Source of the DNA: a virus
Lineage: Duplodnaviria > Caudoviricetes
DNA: 57,998 nucleotides
Virus record (IMG/VR): IMGVR_UViG_3300033076_000962
Location: 1 to 57,998 of that record
Reading direction: 5' to 3' (one strand)
Made by a program: the position numbers and the translations under genes. Each line of letters starts with the position of its first letter. Positions within the stretch are counted from its first letter, which is position 1. The notes under the pieces are model-generated. The model was given only the letters and a program-made list of their open reading frames with translations, was not told the origin of the DNA and did no database searches. Below, piece after piece: positions 56,990 through 57,998 of this stretch.

Positions 56990-57026
56990 AATAGAACAAT
57001 CAACTATAGTAACAAAGGCTAACATT

Positions 57027-57095
57027 ATGACCCAATTATACTACGCGACGTTAGGCGCATGTCTAACCCTAGCAATCTTACTATTGTTTATCTGA
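57027..57095 (+). CDS. 22-aa hydrophobic peptide
   Basis: AAAGG leader; MTQLYYATLGACLTLAILLLFI. Confidence 0.45.
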   Translation: MTQLYYATLGACLTLAILLLFI

Positions 57096-57113
57096 CTATA
57101 AAGGAATAACACT

Positions 57114-57365
57114 ATGAAAAGCATAAAATTAAAAACAGTAAAGGGCTATACAGCACTATCAAGAGAATTATCACGATTGGGGTTATCCGATCATGCCTTA
57201 GATCAGGATGTATTGCTAGAAGTACCCAGACTATTAGACGGTTATCCTCATACTCCATATAGTTGCGGTCCAACAATTCCATTTTGGAAGGGTAAAAACG
57301 GTTACTTTGCGTGGCCTGAAGTATCTCATGCAAAGTATGAAATACACCAATTAGTTACTAATTAA
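57114..57365 (+). CDS. Hypothetical early protein
   Basis: TATAAAGGA leader. Confidence 0.7.
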   Translation: MKSIKLKTVKGYTALSRELSRLGLSDHALDQDVLLEVPRLLDGYPHTPYSCGPTIPFWKGKNGYFAWPEVSHAKYEIHQLVTN

Positions 57366-57437
57366 TCCAATTGATAGCACTAAATCAGCTAGTGCTATCA
57401 ATTGGATTAATTAGTAATCCGACTATAAAAGGGTAAA
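57355..57437 (+). repeat. Copy 1 of hairpin/leader element: perfect 28-bp inverted repeat plus leader
   Basis: 57355-57382 / 57390-57417, 7-nt loop. Confidence 0.95.
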
Positions 57438-57440
57438 CCA

Positions 57441-57992
57441 ATGAAGAACTATATTGATATTAAAAACTCATCTCAAAAGCTTGAATTGCATGTATATTAT
57501 AGTTTAGGCGGTATGGGTTACTTTGATTATAAAGTAAAAAAACGTGGATATTACTTAGCTGTTACTCCTGTAACTATATCAGAGGATATGTTGTCATTTA
57601 CTGCTTTTTCCGGAGTATCGACTCTACTACTTGAGACAAAACGAAAAAGCGATAAAAGTTACAAGGAAGCTTGTACACTCGCAGACTCGAAAAAACAGGA
57701 ATTGATCGATCACGTATTAGACAAGCTGGACGAAACCAGAAATGGCAAACAAGTATCAAAAGAGATAGGAATCTCTATTCCTCCAAGATACTACGCACTA
57801 TCAAAAGATGAGATACTAGGTTTACCTGTTCAAGTAGTCACTATCGCTGGATATTGTGAGTATCCCGACTTAGAGACTGCCAAACGTAACCATAATTTAA
57901 ATAGTCTAAATGGCGCACTGTATGGACAAATAAAAGGAATGGATGCACTAAGATTCGAGGATTCGGCGACTAGTAAAGCACTGTCTGAGTAA
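57441..57992 (+). CDS. Hypothetical early protein flanked by the two repeat copies
   Basis: YYSLGGMGYF...RGYYL.V.PV motif; stop codon lies within the repeat. Confidence 0.8.
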   Translation: MKNYIDIKNSSQKLELHVYYSLGGMGYFDYKVKKRGYYLAVTPVTISEDMLSFTAFSGVSTLLLETKRKSDKSYKEACTLADSKKQELIDHVLDKLDETRNGKQVSKEIGISIPPRYYALSKDEILGLPVQVVTIAGYCEYPDLETAKRNHNLNSLNGALYGQIKGMDALRFEDSATSKALSE

Positions 57993-57998
57993 TCCAAT

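Noticed and set aside
1-57998. Stop-codon reassignment, tRNAs, introns/inteins, integrase
   Set aside because: Core genes are full length in the standard code with TAA, TAG and TGA all used as stops; none of these elements were recognised by eye

Overview
The window looks like a complete, circularly permuted genome (~58 kb, roughly 40% GC by eye) of a tailed dsDNA phage, probably podovirus-like: it has internal virion/ejection proteins and a nozzle-like protein, and no tape measure or sheath is recognisable. Joining base 57998 to base 1 rebuilds a second copy of a hairpin/leader element found at 57355-57437. Layout: small early genes with a shared TATAAA(A)GGG leader (56300-2405, across the junction); a repeat-rich, two-fold symmetric putative origin (2460-3500); a + strand replication/accessory arm (RHH regulator, primase-helicase, SNF2 helicase, a chain of translationally coupled small genes, two glycosyltransferases, DUF2800-like exonuclease, DUF2815-like SSB, papain-like peptidase, PolA, RuvC-like resolvase); and a - strand morphogenesis arm (ejection proteins, nozzle, fibres, endolysin, MCP, scaffold, portal) with terL inverted inside it. 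No integrase, tRNA or CRISPR array was seen, and the host cannot be determined. Most notable: apparent genome-wide CCGG enrichment with helically phased CCGG at the origin; two candidate nucleotide-sponge anti-defence genes (Tad1/Acb2-like, Acb4/gp49-like) plus Lar; a repeated structured leader flanking an early gene; a (TA)6 frameshift in an early paralog; an exactly abutting antisense terL; a GNAT domain in an ejection protein; and Cys-rich termini on many virion proteins. All product calls come from motif recognition by eye, not database searches.
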